A stretch of DNA of 55,418 bases from Nitrospinota bacterium. Lineage in GTDB: Bacteria; UBA8248; JACPRG01; G963555815. Positions 46,452 through 55,418 of the stretch are shown in pieces. Numbering within the stretch: the stretch's first letter is position 1; each line of letters opens with the position of its first letter. Where the stretch lies: NCBI GenBank assembly GCA_046758845.1, contig JBHIBA010000003.1:1-55418 (forward strand), given 5' to 3'. The position numbers and the translations under genes were made by a program. The notes under the pieces are model-generated. The model was not told where the DNA came from, made no database searches, and worked only from the letters and a program-made list of their open reading frames with translations.

Positions 46452-48446
46452 ATGAGCAGGCCGGCTCCCAACCGAAGACAAACGAAGGGCCGGCAGGCGG
46501 GAGGGCTCCACCCACCGGGAGCCCTCCTGACAATTTCTTTCCTCGCTGGCCTCCTACTCCTGTCCGTCGCGGCGGCGAACAGCCTCCGGGCTGCGGACCT
46601 CTCCGACGTGGAGCGCCTGGCCCGCGATTTTGCCACGGTCCTGGAGGAGAGGTTGCGTCCCCCAAGGGCGACGGTCCTTCGCGTCTCCGGCGACCGCCTC
46701 ACCGCCATCCAGGCCCGCCAGTGGATGCTATCCGCGGGGACAAGGTTCCATCTGGTCCGCAAGGAGCAAGAAGTGCTCCACCCGATCACTGGAGAGAGCC
46801 TTGGGTTTGTTGAGGTCCCCGTAGGGGAGGTCGAGGCGATCACGGGCGGAGACCGGGTATTCATGGGGCGGGTCCTCCGACTGGAAAAGGGAATCACTCC
46901 GAAGGCGGGCGACCTCCTGACCCCCTCTTCTCGGCAGGTCCTCGTCACCATCCTGCCCCTAGGGGGCGACCCCTCCACTGGTGTGAGCTATCTCCGGGAC
47001 CGGCTGGCCACTCGTCTTGCCGATGGCGGAAAGATCCAGGTCGTTGACGAGGCGCCCGTGAAGACGGTCCTCGCAAAGGCTGGGAGCCCTGGTGACGCCT
47101 CTGCGCTGTCCCCAAAGGTCCTCCGTGCATTGGCCGAAGAGCTCTCGATAAAGGTCGTGCTGGTCCGCTCGGTGGAAGCGGACAGGGGCGGCCGGCGGCT
47201 GCGGGTCCGCGCTGTCGCTACCCGAACCGGCGTCCTCGTGGCAACAAAGGAAATCTCCCTGGGCGCTGAGCGGCCGGTGCGGAGAGGACCCACTCCCGAA
47301 CCGCGCACCGGGCTCCGACCTCTTGCGCCGAAGGGGCAGGTCACGGAACCTGCGGCGCAGCCAAAACCCCCGGAGGCGGTCGGAGGTCTCAGGGCCCTGA
47401 AACGTCCGCGCGAGTTCAGCGGCGGAGGAAAGGTCGTCCAGCTGGACTTCGCGTTGACCAGTCTGGACGTGGCGGACACGGATGGTGACGGAAGAAGCGA
47501 GGTGGTGCTTGTCAGTGAGGATCGAGTCTGGCGACTCGACCTCAGTCCGAAGAGTCCTGTTCCCCAATCGATTTACCGGCGCTTCATGGGCGCCAACTTC
47601 ATCCACGTCCGGGCCTCCGACATCAACCGCAATGGCAAGGCGGAGATCTTTGTAACGAATCACCCCGACCGGGTTGTCAACTCCTTCGTCCTGGAAACTG
47701 ATGGGGCAGGCTACCGAAATCTCTCCACGAAACTCCCGAGCCGGTCAGCCCACTACGAGATTGCGGGAGATTGGGACGGGGACGGTCGGAACGACCTCTT
47801 CTGGCAAAGGGCCGGGCTGGACGACCTCTTTCTGGGATCGGTCCACAGGGCTGTGTGGAAGACCGGACGTTATACCGAAGCGCCCTTCCCAACACTCCCC
47901 CAGAGTCTATCGCTCTACGGCTTCGTCGTTGGGGACCTGACCGGGGACGCTCAACGAGACTTCGCCTACCTGGACCGCTTCGGCAAAGTTGTCGCATTCT
48001 CTCCATCGGAGAAGGTTCTCGCCCGGAGCGAGGAGACGTACGGAGGCTCTGCCACCCCCATCTACCCCAACCACATCGGGGACCCGATTGAGTACGGCTT
48101 TAAGAAGACCCGTCTCGTCCTCCGTGACCTGGACGGCGACGGACGGCCCGAGATCTTAACCGTGAAGAACGTCCTGAGGCGGGGGAAAGTCGGCTTCGTC
48201 AAGGTGAAGTCGCTGGTGAGTTACGACAACGGGCGCATCGCCGCCCTCAAGTGGACGAAGGGCGGACTGGAGGAGCGGTGGGCCACTCCCTTGCTGGGGG
48301 GATATGTGGTGGACTTCGCCGTTGGCGACGTGGACGGAGAGGGCCGCACCGATCTGGTGGTCGGAGTCCTCGAGCCTCCCGAAGGATCGCTGTTTCGTGG
48401 TTACCGATCGAAACGCAGCCGGCTGCACGTCTTTCCGCTCCAGTGA
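46452..48446 (+). CDS. exported FG-GAP/VCBS repeat protein
   Basis: Signal peptide; DTDGDGRSE, DINRNGKAE, DWDGDGRND, DLTGD, DLDGDGRPE, DVDGEGRTD Ca-binding repeats. Confidence 0.85.
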   Translation: MSRPAPNRRQTKGRQAGGLHPPGALLTISFLAGLLLLSVAAANSLRAADLSDVERLARDFATVLEERLRPPRATVLRVSGDRLTAIQARQWMLSAGTRFHLVRKEQEVLHPITGESLGFVEVPVGEVEAITGGDRVFMGRVLRLEKGITPKAGDLLTPSSRQVLVTILPLGGDPSTGVSYLRDRLATRLADGGKIQVVDEAPVKTVLAKAGSPGDASALSPKVLRALAEELSIKVVLVRSVEADRGGRRLRVRAVATRTGVLVATKEISLGAERPVRRGPTPEPRTGLRPLAPKGQVTEPAAQPKPPEAVGGLRALKRPREFSGGGKVVQLDFALTSLDVADTDGDGRSEVVLVSEDRVWRLDLSPKSPVPQSIYRRFMGANFIHVRASDINRNGKAEIFVTNHPDRVVNSFVLETDGAGYRNLSTKLPSRSAHYEIAGDWDGDGRNDLFWQRAGLDDLFLGSVHRAVWKTGRYTEAPFPTLPQSLSLYGFVVGDLTGDAQRDFAYLDRFGKVVAFSPSEKVLARSEETYGGSATPIYPNHIGDPIEYGFKKTRLVLRDLDGDGRPEILTVKNVLRRGKVGFVKVKSLVSYDNGRIAALKWTKGGLEERWATPLLGGYVVDFAVGDVDGEGRTDLVVGVLEPPEGSLFRGYRSKRSRLHVFPLQ

Positions 48447-48507
48447 GCAAAGCCCCGATAGGGCGCAATCGCGTCGAAGCCGGATCGGGAAGGGGGAAAC
48501 CCGCGCC

Positions 48508-49932
48508 ATGAGGAAGCGCGTCGTCATCCTGGGCGGTGGTCCATGCGGCCTCAGCGCGGCCTGGAGGCTAACTACGGGGGCCGAAGACATCGACGTTGTC
48601 GTGGTAGAGCGAGAGGAGGAAGTGGGCGGCCTCTGCCGGACCTTGGCCCACGGAGATTTCCGCTTTGACCTCGGGGGACATCGTTTCATCTCCTCCGACC
48701 CGGTGCTCATCGAACGCATTCGCCGGCTGATGGGGGAGGAGCTTCTCCTTCGCGAACGAAAGAGCGTCATCCGACTGGAGGGCCGCGACTTCGCCTATCC
48801 CCTCTCTGCGTCCGATCTGCTCAAGCGCCTCCCCCCGGGTTTGACACTCCGGGCTTTTGCCGATTTTCTGAGAACCGGTTCCTGGAGGCGGAACGGCGGT
48901 CCTCCCGACGTCTCCTTTGAAGACTGGGTCGTCCGTCGGTTCGGGCGCACTCTGTTCGATCTCTTTTTCGGACCCTACTCGGAAAAACTCTGGGGGAGGC
49001 CGCCTTCGCGTCTCTCAGCGGATTGGGCGGCTCAACGGATCTCCCTCTTGAATCTGGGAGAAGTGGCCCTTCGGCTCCTCGGTCTCGGCCAGGGGACGCC
49101 CAGGACCTACTCGAAGCGCTACTACTACCCGAGGGAAGGGATCGGCCAGATCTTCCGGTTCATTGCTGCCGAGGTGGAGGCCGGGGGCGGACTCATCCTC
49201 CGGGGGACCAGGGCCATGTCGGTCCGGTCCGAAGGAGGCCGGGTGGTATCCGTTGAGATCGACAGAAGTGATGGACGCTTTTTCCTTTATTGCGATTACC
49301 TGATTTCCACCCTCCCCCTCCCGGAACTGATCCGGCTATTTAGAGATAAAGAAGCGCACGGCGTCCGGGAAAGCGCCACTCGCCTCCAGTTCCGGAGCAT
49401 GCGCTTCCTCAACCTGCTTATCGACCGGCCGCAGATCAGCCCGAACACCTGGATTTACGTTCCAGAATCCCGTTACCTCATGACGCGCATCCAGGAGCCC
49501 AAACGTAGGAGCCCCCACAGCGCACCGCCCGGCAAGACTTCCCTGATGCTGGAGATCCCTTGCGCCCAAGGGGACGGTCTCTGGACGGCTTCCGACGACG
49601 CGCTTGCTGATCGATGCCTCCGGGATCTGGACGCCTTGGGCATCCGTATTCGAAACGATGTGCTGGGTTGCTTTTCCACCCGGGCGGTCCACGCCTACCC
49701 CATTTATTCCCTGGACTATCGGATCCACCGCGGTCGCTTGCTCCAGTTCCTGGGACGGTTCGAGAATCTTCTGTCCTGTGGCCGACAGGGGACATTCCGC
49801 TATCTCTTCATGGACGCGGCCATGAAGATGGGGTTTTCCGCCGCGCGCTGCGTCTTGGGAGAGGCTGACTGTGAAGAGCTCGATGGCATCGCCGCCGAGG
49901 CCAGGCTTATCGAAGCCGGGGCGACGACTTGA
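48508..49932 (+). CDS. FAD-dependent oxidoreductase (protoporphyrinogen oxidase / UDP-galactopyranose mutase-like)
   Basis: ILGGGPCG, VGGLCRT, FDLGGHRF, YSEKLWG, YYYPREG, AYPIY, GRQGTFRY..MD. Confidence 0.85.
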   Translation: MRKRVVILGGGPCGLSAAWRLTTGAEDIDVVVVEREEEVGGLCRTLAHGDFRFDLGGHRFISSDPVLIERIRRLMGEELLLRERKSVIRLEGRDFAYPLSASDLLKRLPPGLTLRAFADFLRTGSWRRNGGPPDVSFEDWVVRRFGRTLFDLFFGPYSEKLWGRPPSRLSADWAAQRISLLNLGEVALRLLGLGQGTPRTYSKRYYYPREGIGQIFRFIAAEVEAGGGLILRGTRAMSVRSEGGRVVSVEIDRSDGRFFLYCDYLISTLPLPELIRLFRDKEAHGVRESATRLQFRSMRFLNLLIDRPQISPNTWIYVPESRYLMTRIQEPKRRSPHSAPPGKTSLMLEIPCAQGDGLWTASDDALADRCLRDLDALGIRIRNDVLGCFSTRAVHAYPIYSLDYRIHRGRLLQFLGRFENLLSCGRQGTFRYLFMDAAMKMGFSAARCVLGEADCEELDGIAAEARLIEAGATT

Positions 49933-51481
49933 CCCGCCTTTCGCAAAAGGGACGTGGACCTTTGCCATTGCCATCACGGCACTGGGGGTCACCCTTCGGA
50001 TGGCCTTTGCCGTGGACTACCTGGAGGGATGGGACTCGGTCGATTTCGCCTTGGCCTTGGACCATTACTCTCTCTCGGAGCAACAACCTCATTTCCCCGG
50101 CTATCCCGTCTATATCTGGATTGCCCGAACCCTCAGACCCCTTTTCACCGGTGAGGCCTCCGCTCTGGCGGCCACCAGCGCCCTCTTTGGGGGGCTCGCG
50201 CTTCTGCCTTTCTTCGGGCTCGCCAGGACGCTTTTCGGTCCCTCTGAGGCTATCGCGGCCACACTGTTTTTTCTTTTCACTCCCCTTCAATTCCTGGCCG
50301 GCACGAAAGCGCTGTCCGATGCCACGGGCCTTTTCTTCTTACTGACCTTCCTTTGGCTGGCCCTTTGTGCGCAAAGGGAAGCGGAAAGACCGGGGGGATG
50401 GGTGTTTGCGGGCCTTGCCGGGTCCGCCCTGGCTTTGACCCTGGGCGTACGACTTTCCTACACCCCTTTCGTGCTTACGGGTGCTTTCCTGCTCGTTCCC
50501 TGGTTGAGGGCATCCCGAAGTTCTTCCGAACGCCTTTGCCGGGTCGTTGTTCCTCTCGCGGCCTTTACGCTTTCCGCTGCGTCCTGGCTATGGTGGCAGA
50601 TGGCGCAGGAGGGGGTGCGCGGCTTCTGGACCGAGGCCCTTCGCTTCACCGAAGGACACTTCGGAGAATGGGGAGGAACGGTCGTGACAAACCCGGACAT
50701 CGGGGGCCGTCTGGCGGAGCTATTCCGGGGGCTCTTTGTCCACGGATTGGGGTTTTGGGAGCCGGGAAGCGAAAGCTGGCGGTGGTTAGCGACGCTCACC
50801 GTGGGTGGGGTCGTCCTAGCGGGATTTCTATCTATCCATACGGCCTCGCGAAGTAAGGTCTTTTTCCTGGCGTCCTGGCTGATTCCCTATGGAGTTTGGG
50901 TCCTTCTAGCCCAGAATCCAGGTAAGCCGAGACACCTCCTCCCTCTCGTTCCCCTCTTCCTGATGTGCGGGTCGGTAGGGGCGAGACGGCTGGCCGCCGC
51001 CGTCTGCAATCTTTTCCCCGGCCTCGAAGGATACACGAAGCCAATAGGGATGATCTTCGTTGGTCTGGCAACCCTCGGACCTGCTTTGACTTCCATCCAG
51101 CTTGCCCGGGTTCACAAAGCTGAGCCCGCACCGGCCTTACAGATGGTTCAATACATAAGGGAACGGTTCGGCCCCGGAGAGGTAATGGTTTTCCTCGGCG
51201 AGGAGAAAAGGCTGTTCGACTACTATGCTCCCGCATTCTTCGTCGAGCGGCTCCGGAGCGCAGCCGACGCGGAGGCGGCCCTTGCCGTTCATCAACCGCT
51301 CCCTCAAGCGGTCTTTTTCACTTCCGGTATCCACGGACTAGACGGGACTGCTTCCAGTACCCCGAAGAACCTCCAACTGGTCCGAGTATTTTCCAGGAAC
51401 CCGTATGTCCATCCGGCCTACAGCCGTGTCGCTCTTTACCGCCTCCATCCTCAGTTAGAGGAAGGGCACTCCAAACCATGA
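49883..51481 (+). CDS. GT-C fold integral membrane glycosyltransferase (PMT-like); start uncertain
   Basis: WDSVDF...QPHFPGYP first loop, LSD, GVR, RHLLP, more than ten TM helices. Confidence 0.75.
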   Translation: MASPPRPGLSKPGRRLDPPFAKGTWTFAIAITALGVTLRMAFAVDYLEGWDSVDFALALDHYSLSEQQPHFPGYPVYIWIARTLRPLFTGEASALAATSALFGGLALLPFFGLARTLFGPSEAIAATLFFLFTPLQFLAGTKALSDATGLFFLLTFLWLALCAQREAERPGGWVFAGLAGSALALTLGVRLSYTPFVLTGAFLLVPWLRASRSSSERLCRVVVPLAAFTLSAASWLWWQMAQEGVRGFWTEALRFTEGHFGEWGGTVVTNPDIGGRLAELFRGLFVHGLGFWEPGSESWRWLATLTVGGVVLAGFLSIHTASRSKVFFLASWLIPYGVWVLLAQNPGKPRHLLPLVPLFLMCGSVGARRLAAAVCNLFPGLEGYTKPIGMIFVGLATLGPALTSIQLARVHKAEPAPALQMVQYIRERFGPGEVMVFLGEEKRLFDYYAPAFFVERLRSAADAEAALAVHQPLPQAVFFTSGIHGLDGTASSTPKNLQLVRVFSRNPYVHPAYSRVALYRLHPQLEEGHSKP

Positions 51482-53004
51482 ACGCTTCGCACAATCGGTT
51501 CGAGACGGTCTCGCTCCTCGTTGTCGTGTTCACGGTCGGCGGTGCGGTGATGGTTCTGGAGATCCTAGGGTCCCGCATCCTGGGACCCTATTTCGGCGCC
51601 GGCCTATACGTGTGGTCCGGCATCATTTCGGTCACGCTACTTTCCTTGGCCCTTGGCTACTGGCTCGGCGGTCTCTTGGCTGACCGCTGGAACCAACTCT
51701 CAACGCTGACCGGTCTCACTTTCGCGGCTGCTCTTCTGATCTTGCTCATCCCCACAGCCCGGCCGCTCGTGTTGACCCATGCGGGTCGATTGGGATTCCG
51801 GCCGGGGGTGTTAGTCAGCGCGTTCCTCCTTTTCTTTCCGCCCCTGACTCTCCTGGGGATGGTGACCCCGGCGGCGGTCAAACTGCACACTCGGAACCTG
51901 GCAAACCTCGGCTTGACGGCCGGCCGCCTATACGCGGTTTCCACACTGGGGAGTTTGCTCGGAACCCTGTTGACCGGCTTTGTCCTCCTCCCCGCCTTCG
52001 GGACCGCCCGAGTCTTGCATTTCACGGCGGGCCTCCTCGTCCTTCTCGCCTTGATCACAGGGGCCCGGAACAAGTGTTCTCAATCCCTCGTGCCACTCGT
52101 CGGCTTGGCCGTTCTTCTCTTCCCGATCCTGGGCCGGCAGACACCCGCGGGACAAATGATCGATCCCTGGAGGGTTCTTCACCGGTCGGAGAGCCTTTAC
52201 GGGAACTTGGTGGTGGCGGAATCGGGGACCACGAGGCACCTGCTAGTAGATGGGACGGTCCAAAGCGCCATTGAACTTAAATCAAGAGAGCTTGTATTCG
52301 CGAGCCATCGGCTGATCCTGGAAATCCTGGGGAGGGTCGCCCCCGCCCGGGGGCAGACACGGTCCCGACTCTTGGTTGTAGGACTTGCTGGGGGAGTTCT
52401 CCCCACGAAGCTCTCCGATTCCCGGTGGGACATCCAGATTGTGGAGATCGATGGGCGAATGCCAGAGGTGGCCCGAGATTTTTTTGGGTGGAACCCCCGG
52501 AGATTTCGCTTTACGGAAGATGACGGGCGCCACTTCCTTCAGACCCATACCGAAAGATTTGATGCTATCGTGCTGGACGCTTTCGTCGGTGAGGTGATCC
52601 CCGCACACCTCCTGACTCGCGAAAGCTTCGAACTGGCCCGAGCCAGACTCCGGCCGCATGGTCTTTTGCTTCTCAACACCATTGCCTTTCAGAGGGGGAA
52701 GAGTACGGTCATCCCCGCCTCGATCGCCCGCACCCTCTCTACGGCGTTTTCGCATGTCGTCCTCTGCCCTCTGCGGAAAGAGGGGAATTTCGGGAATATC
52801 GTCTTCGTAGCGGCGGGGCAGGAAAGGGTGCCAAGACCGTTCGCACCGGCCGGGGCCTGCGCCCCTCCCTCCGAAGTGTTGGAAGAGCCTGGGATCGTCC
52901 TTACCGATGATCGGAATCCTCTGGAAACATGGTGGGTCAAGAATTCTGCCTTGGCCCGGAGGGCGTTGTGGGAGGTCGTCGACCGTCGTGTCCTCTTCGA
53001 GTGA
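51478..53004 (+). CDS. fused MFS-like / spermidine synthase protein
   Basis: MVLEILGSRILGPYFG, GRLYAVSTLGS, VVGLAGG, VEID, DGR, IVLDAF, HLLTRE, LTDDRNP. Confidence 0.9.
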   Translation: MNASHNRFETVSLLVVVFTVGGAVMVLEILGSRILGPYFGAGLYVWSGIISVTLLSLALGYWLGGLLADRWNQLSTLTGLTFAAALLILLIPTARPLVLTHAGRLGFRPGVLVSAFLLFFPPLTLLGMVTPAAVKLHTRNLANLGLTAGRLYAVSTLGSLLGTLLTGFVLLPAFGTARVLHFTAGLLVLLALITGARNKCSQSLVPLVGLAVLLFPILGRQTPAGQMIDPWRVLHRSESLYGNLVVAESGTTRHLLVDGTVQSAIELKSRELVFASHRLILEILGRVAPARGQTRSRLLVVGLAGGVLPTKLSDSRWDIQIVEIDGRMPEVARDFFGWNPRRFRFTEDDGRHFLQTHTERFDAIVLDAFVGEVIPAHLLTRESFELARARLRPHGLLLLNTIAFQRGKSTVIPASIARTLSTAFSHVVLCPLRKEGNFGNIVFVAAGQERVPRPFAPAGACAPPSEVLEEPGIVLTDDRNPLETWWVKNSALARRALWEVVDRRVLFE

Positions 53005-53053
53005 GCGAAAGGTGAGTGCCACCTGCATTGTACTCACTTCTTCGTCCATAACC

Positions 53054-53959
53054 TGTACTGGTTCAAGAGATATGAGACACAGGGGCCGTGGTTTTTGGTT
53101 TCACCAAGGCCTGGGCAGGGGTCAGGTAGTCCAGGGCCTGATGGGGTCGAACGTGGTTGTAGATGTGCTCCCACTTGCGAAGGTGGGCGTTGAGGGAGGC
53201 CACCGTCCATGGGAGCTTGTGCACCTCGTAGAACTCCTCGGTATGGGTCCTTTGGGCGCGCGAGAAGATCTCCATGACGTCCCAGCGACACACCACGTCG
53301 CGGGCCGTGAACTGCTTCAGCGTCACCCCCGCAAGAGGGCTCAGGTCCAGGGTGTCCACCTGGACGAGGTCCCCGGGGCGGCGGGGCTGATAGTCTTTGG
53401 GCTTGCGCGTGGCATAGGGCCGGCTGAGGCGACGCCTTTTGGCGCTCACACCGTTCACTTTGGGTTCCACCAACCGCCCCCGGCTTTTGAGGTGGCTCAG
53501 GAACCGGCCCACCGTGGAGACCGAGGGCGCGATCCCCTCGCGGCCAAGCAACACGACCAGCTTGACCTTGCCCCATCGAGCATACTGTTCTCGAAGGCGC
53601 AACACCGCCTGGACCAACTCCGGCGACCAGGTGGGCCTTCGCACCCGGCGGGGTCGCCGCGAGCGCGTCTGAAGCGTCGTCAGGTCCTTGGGGTCAAACC
53701 GAGCCCGCCACCGGTACAGCGTCGCTCGGCTCACCTGAAAGGTTCGGCAAACCAGCTTCACGTCCTCGCTCTCCCGCCAAAGACTCAGCGCCCGAAGCCG
53801 GTCCCGCGCCTCGCCGGAGAGTTCCAACGCCCCGCAGCCTCCTGCGTGCAGGAGGCTGCGGGGCAACCCAAATACCCGCATCCGGGGACCTCCTCTCTAT
53901 TGGCCCCTGGTAGTCTACCCCCTCCTCAGGGTTGTCTCACATCTATCTGAACCTATTCA
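53054..53959 (-). mobile_element. IS481-like insertion sequence, internally deleted
   Basis: Imperfect terminal IRs TGTACTGGTTCAAGAGATATGAGACA (53054..53079) and TGAATAGGTTCAGATAGATGTGAGACA (reverse complement of 53933..53959). No TSD seen. Confidence 0.8.
53063..53881 (-). pseudogene. integrase-core (rve) transposase with an in-frame deletion of most of the DDE core
   Basis: HTH (VSRATLYRW), PGDLVQVDT, then FSRA joined directly to QRTHTEEFY; YNHVRPHQALDYLTP. The DNG and NGxVER segments are absent. Confidence 0.8.
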
Positions 53960-54113
53960 GTAATGGCTGGAGGCAAGGACTCGATGGTTTCGGGCACAGG
54001 AGGCCGCTAGCCCAGTGAGCTATGGGGTCTGAGCTGATTGTACTCCTACTCTGGCTCTCATGTAGATGGCGGTTTGGTGACAGTCTCTTCTTTCCGCCCC
54101 TTTATCTTCCTTC

Positions 54114-54126
54114 TAACTCATTGATT
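54114..54126 (-). promoter_or_regulatory. IHF binding consensus next to the att core
   Basis: Minus strand AATCAA-TGAG-TTA matches WATCAANNNNTTR exactly. Confidence 0.6.
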
Positions 54127-54131
54127 TTAGA

Positions 54132-54207
54132 TGGTGGAGGATAGGGGACTCGAACCCCTGGCCTCGTGGGTGCGATCCACGCGCTCTCCCAGCTGAGCTA
54201 ATCCCCC
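54132..54207 (-). tRNA. tRNA-Ala(CGC)
   Basis: 76 nt; acceptor stem GGGGGAT/ATCCTCC with G3:U70, D-arm AGCTCAGCTGGGAGAGC, anticodon stem CGTGG/CCACG with loop ATCGCAC, GTTCGAGTC, encoded CCA. Confidence 0.97.
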
Positions 54208-54358
54208 ACCGGACGATTCGGTATTTAGAGCCATCCCCCGATGGCTGTCAAGGAGAAGGCGGCGGGTTTTCCTTGACCCTCATCCGCCAGTAGGCCAGCA
54301 GGTCGGCAAGGGACTGCTCCAGCGGGATTTGTGGTCTCCATGCGGTCGCCCGCTTTAG

Positions 54359-54503
54359 TGTCCTGTGTGGTTAATTCGTTTAATAAGAAATATAGCGCGG
54401 AGGCTTTAGCCTCCGCTGTTTTTCTTTGCTCAGCAACGGTTCGTCCTAAGCAAACCTCCGAGAGTCCCTGACGTCTTCTTCAGCGAAATTGTCAAACAGG
54501 ACA
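54359..54503. mobile_element. 145-bp MITE-like element with TTAG target-site duplication
   Basis: TIRs TGTCCTGTGTGGTTAATTCG and TGTCCTGTTTGACAATTTCG (15/20 match); TTAG at 54355..54358 and 54504..54507; excision restores the host reading frame. Confidence 0.9.
54397..54427 (+). terminator. terminator-like hairpin inside the MITE
   Basis: GCGGAGGCT-TT-AGCCTCCGC followed by TGTTTTTCTTT. Confidence 0.6.
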
Positions 54504-55269
54504 TTAGTTTGGAGTTGTCCCCGTCCGAGAGGGGGGCATCGACGGGTCTCATCCGCTCCGGGTCTGGAACCTTCCGAAAATCACAGGGGCTGAGGGCGAT
54601 CAGCCGGTCCAGGACCTGCTCAATCGTGAGAACCGCATCTCCGCAGACGTTGTAGGCCTCGCCGGATTCCCCCCGCTCCATGAGCAGGGCGTACGCCCGG
54701 ACGATGTCCCGAACGGGAGTATCCCGTGGCCATCATTTTGCGGGGGGCGCTTCCCTTGCCTGCGCTCGGGACATGCTTTGAAAGGCGCCCCCCTTTTCTT
54801 TCTGGGAGGGCTTCTTGGGCACTTGCGTGCCGGCCGAACTGCGGTTGGAGGCGCGTAGGCTCAAGCCGGGCGTCTTTGGCGCGCACCTTCCGAGAGGTGA
54901 TTCACCAGGCACGCCAGTGCGGAAACCTGACGCGGTGCGTCCGCCCCCCCAGACCCCCGTAGAACTTTTGACGGCCCGGCATGCGGGTCGATGACCCTCA
55001 TGGCCGGGCCTGTTTAGGTTGTGTGTGGAGTTGGCTGGGCCGGTGGTCTGTCGCCTATTGGTGCCTTGCTTGTTTAGCCGAATGCGCGCCTTCTTGCAGA
55101 AGGCTCCCGCATTCGGCCAATGGGCCAGGTTTTTTGCGAAAGAAGGTGGCCCAGGATGGGCCTCCCTCTTTCGCGAATAGAAAGTTTTCCGGGGGGTTTT
55201 AGGGGGGCCGGCTTTCAAAAAGGCCCCCCTAAACAGATCCTGAGGTTTTCTATCGGACCTCTCAAGACC

Positions 55270-55418
55270 TCACCACCACTTCCGCTCGCAGCGGCTCAGG
55301 ACTTCGCGGCCGGTCTCCGTCACCTGAACGGTGTCCTCCAGCGTGGCGCAGCCATAGCGCTCGTCCAGCAGAATGCTCTCGTAGTTGATCGTTTCGTTGA
55401 GGCGGAGGACGTAATCCT
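55270..55418 (-). CDS. M24 family (Xaa-Pro) peptidase, 3' end (partial)
   Basis: My translation: DYVLRLNETINYESILLDERYGCATLEDTVQVTETGREVLSRCERKWW*. The E...G...EDTV.VTE.G.E.LS pattern is typical of M24 peptidases. Confidence 0.8.
   Translation of the reverse strand, partial: DYVLRLNETINYESILLDERYGCATLEDTVQVTETGREVLSRCERKWW

Larger units (their letters stand above)
23787..54179. mobile_element. ~30 kb genomic island integrated at tRNA-Ala(CGC), no intact integrase
   Basis: Flanking 48-bp direct repeats, TGGTGACA motifs inside both ends and an IHF consensus next to the tRNA. Confidence 0.82.
54248..54725 (-). pseudogene. GDP-mannose 4,6-dehydratase / RMD-like SDR, C-terminal part, split by a MITE
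   Basis: VRDIVRAYALLMERGESGEAYNVCG...RPVD...GDNSKL, the insertion, then KRATAWRPQIPLEQSLADLLAYWR...*. Confidence 0.85.

Noticed and set aside
54223-54251. sigma70 promoter for the tRNA
   Set aside because: A perfect TTGACA is present on the minus strand, but there is no convincing -10 hexamer at 16-18 bp spacing.
1-55418. CRISPR array, rRNA or prophage structural genes
   Set aside because: No regularly spaced repeats, rRNA-like sequence or phage hallmark proteins seen.

Overview
GC-rich DNA from a diderm bacterium; the lineage cannot be assigned from this window, though the respiratory genes resemble those of Nitrospirota, Nitrospinota and anammox-type organisms. It has four blocks. (1) 0.3-8.9 kb, minus strand: a molybdenum-hydroxylase cluster (large, FAD and 2Fe-2S subunits, a second large subunit, a cyclic amidohydrolase, an alpha/beta hydrolase), probably for N-heterocycle catabolism. 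(2) 9.8-20.4 kb: a sigma54-driven operon (secreted protein, TPR protein, PqqD/RRE protein, tandem double ATP-grasp ligase, PLP decarboxylase, urea-transporter-like/sirtuin fusion) with a divergent histidine kinase/NtrC-type pair. (3) 20.6-23.5 kb: gene fragments, including a serine-recombinase remnant. (4) 23.8-54.2 kb: a ~30 kb integrase-less island bounded by tRNA-Ala(CGC) and a 48-bp copy of its 3' end. The island carries a second HK/NtrC pair and two operons behind a duplicated sigma54 promoter. The first encodes a CydA-like (bd-like) oxidase with c-type/EB_dh cytochromes and a maturation module with seven PCP_red domains. The second encodes cytochromes, a porin, an FG-GAP protein, an FAD oxidoreductase, a GT-C transferase and an MFS-spermidine synthase fusion. 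A deleted IS481-like element lies just inside the tRNA end. Beyond the tRNA, a 145-bp MITE splits a sugar-dehydratase pseudogene, followed by the 3' end of an M24 peptidase. All family calls come from recognising motifs by eye; no searches were run.
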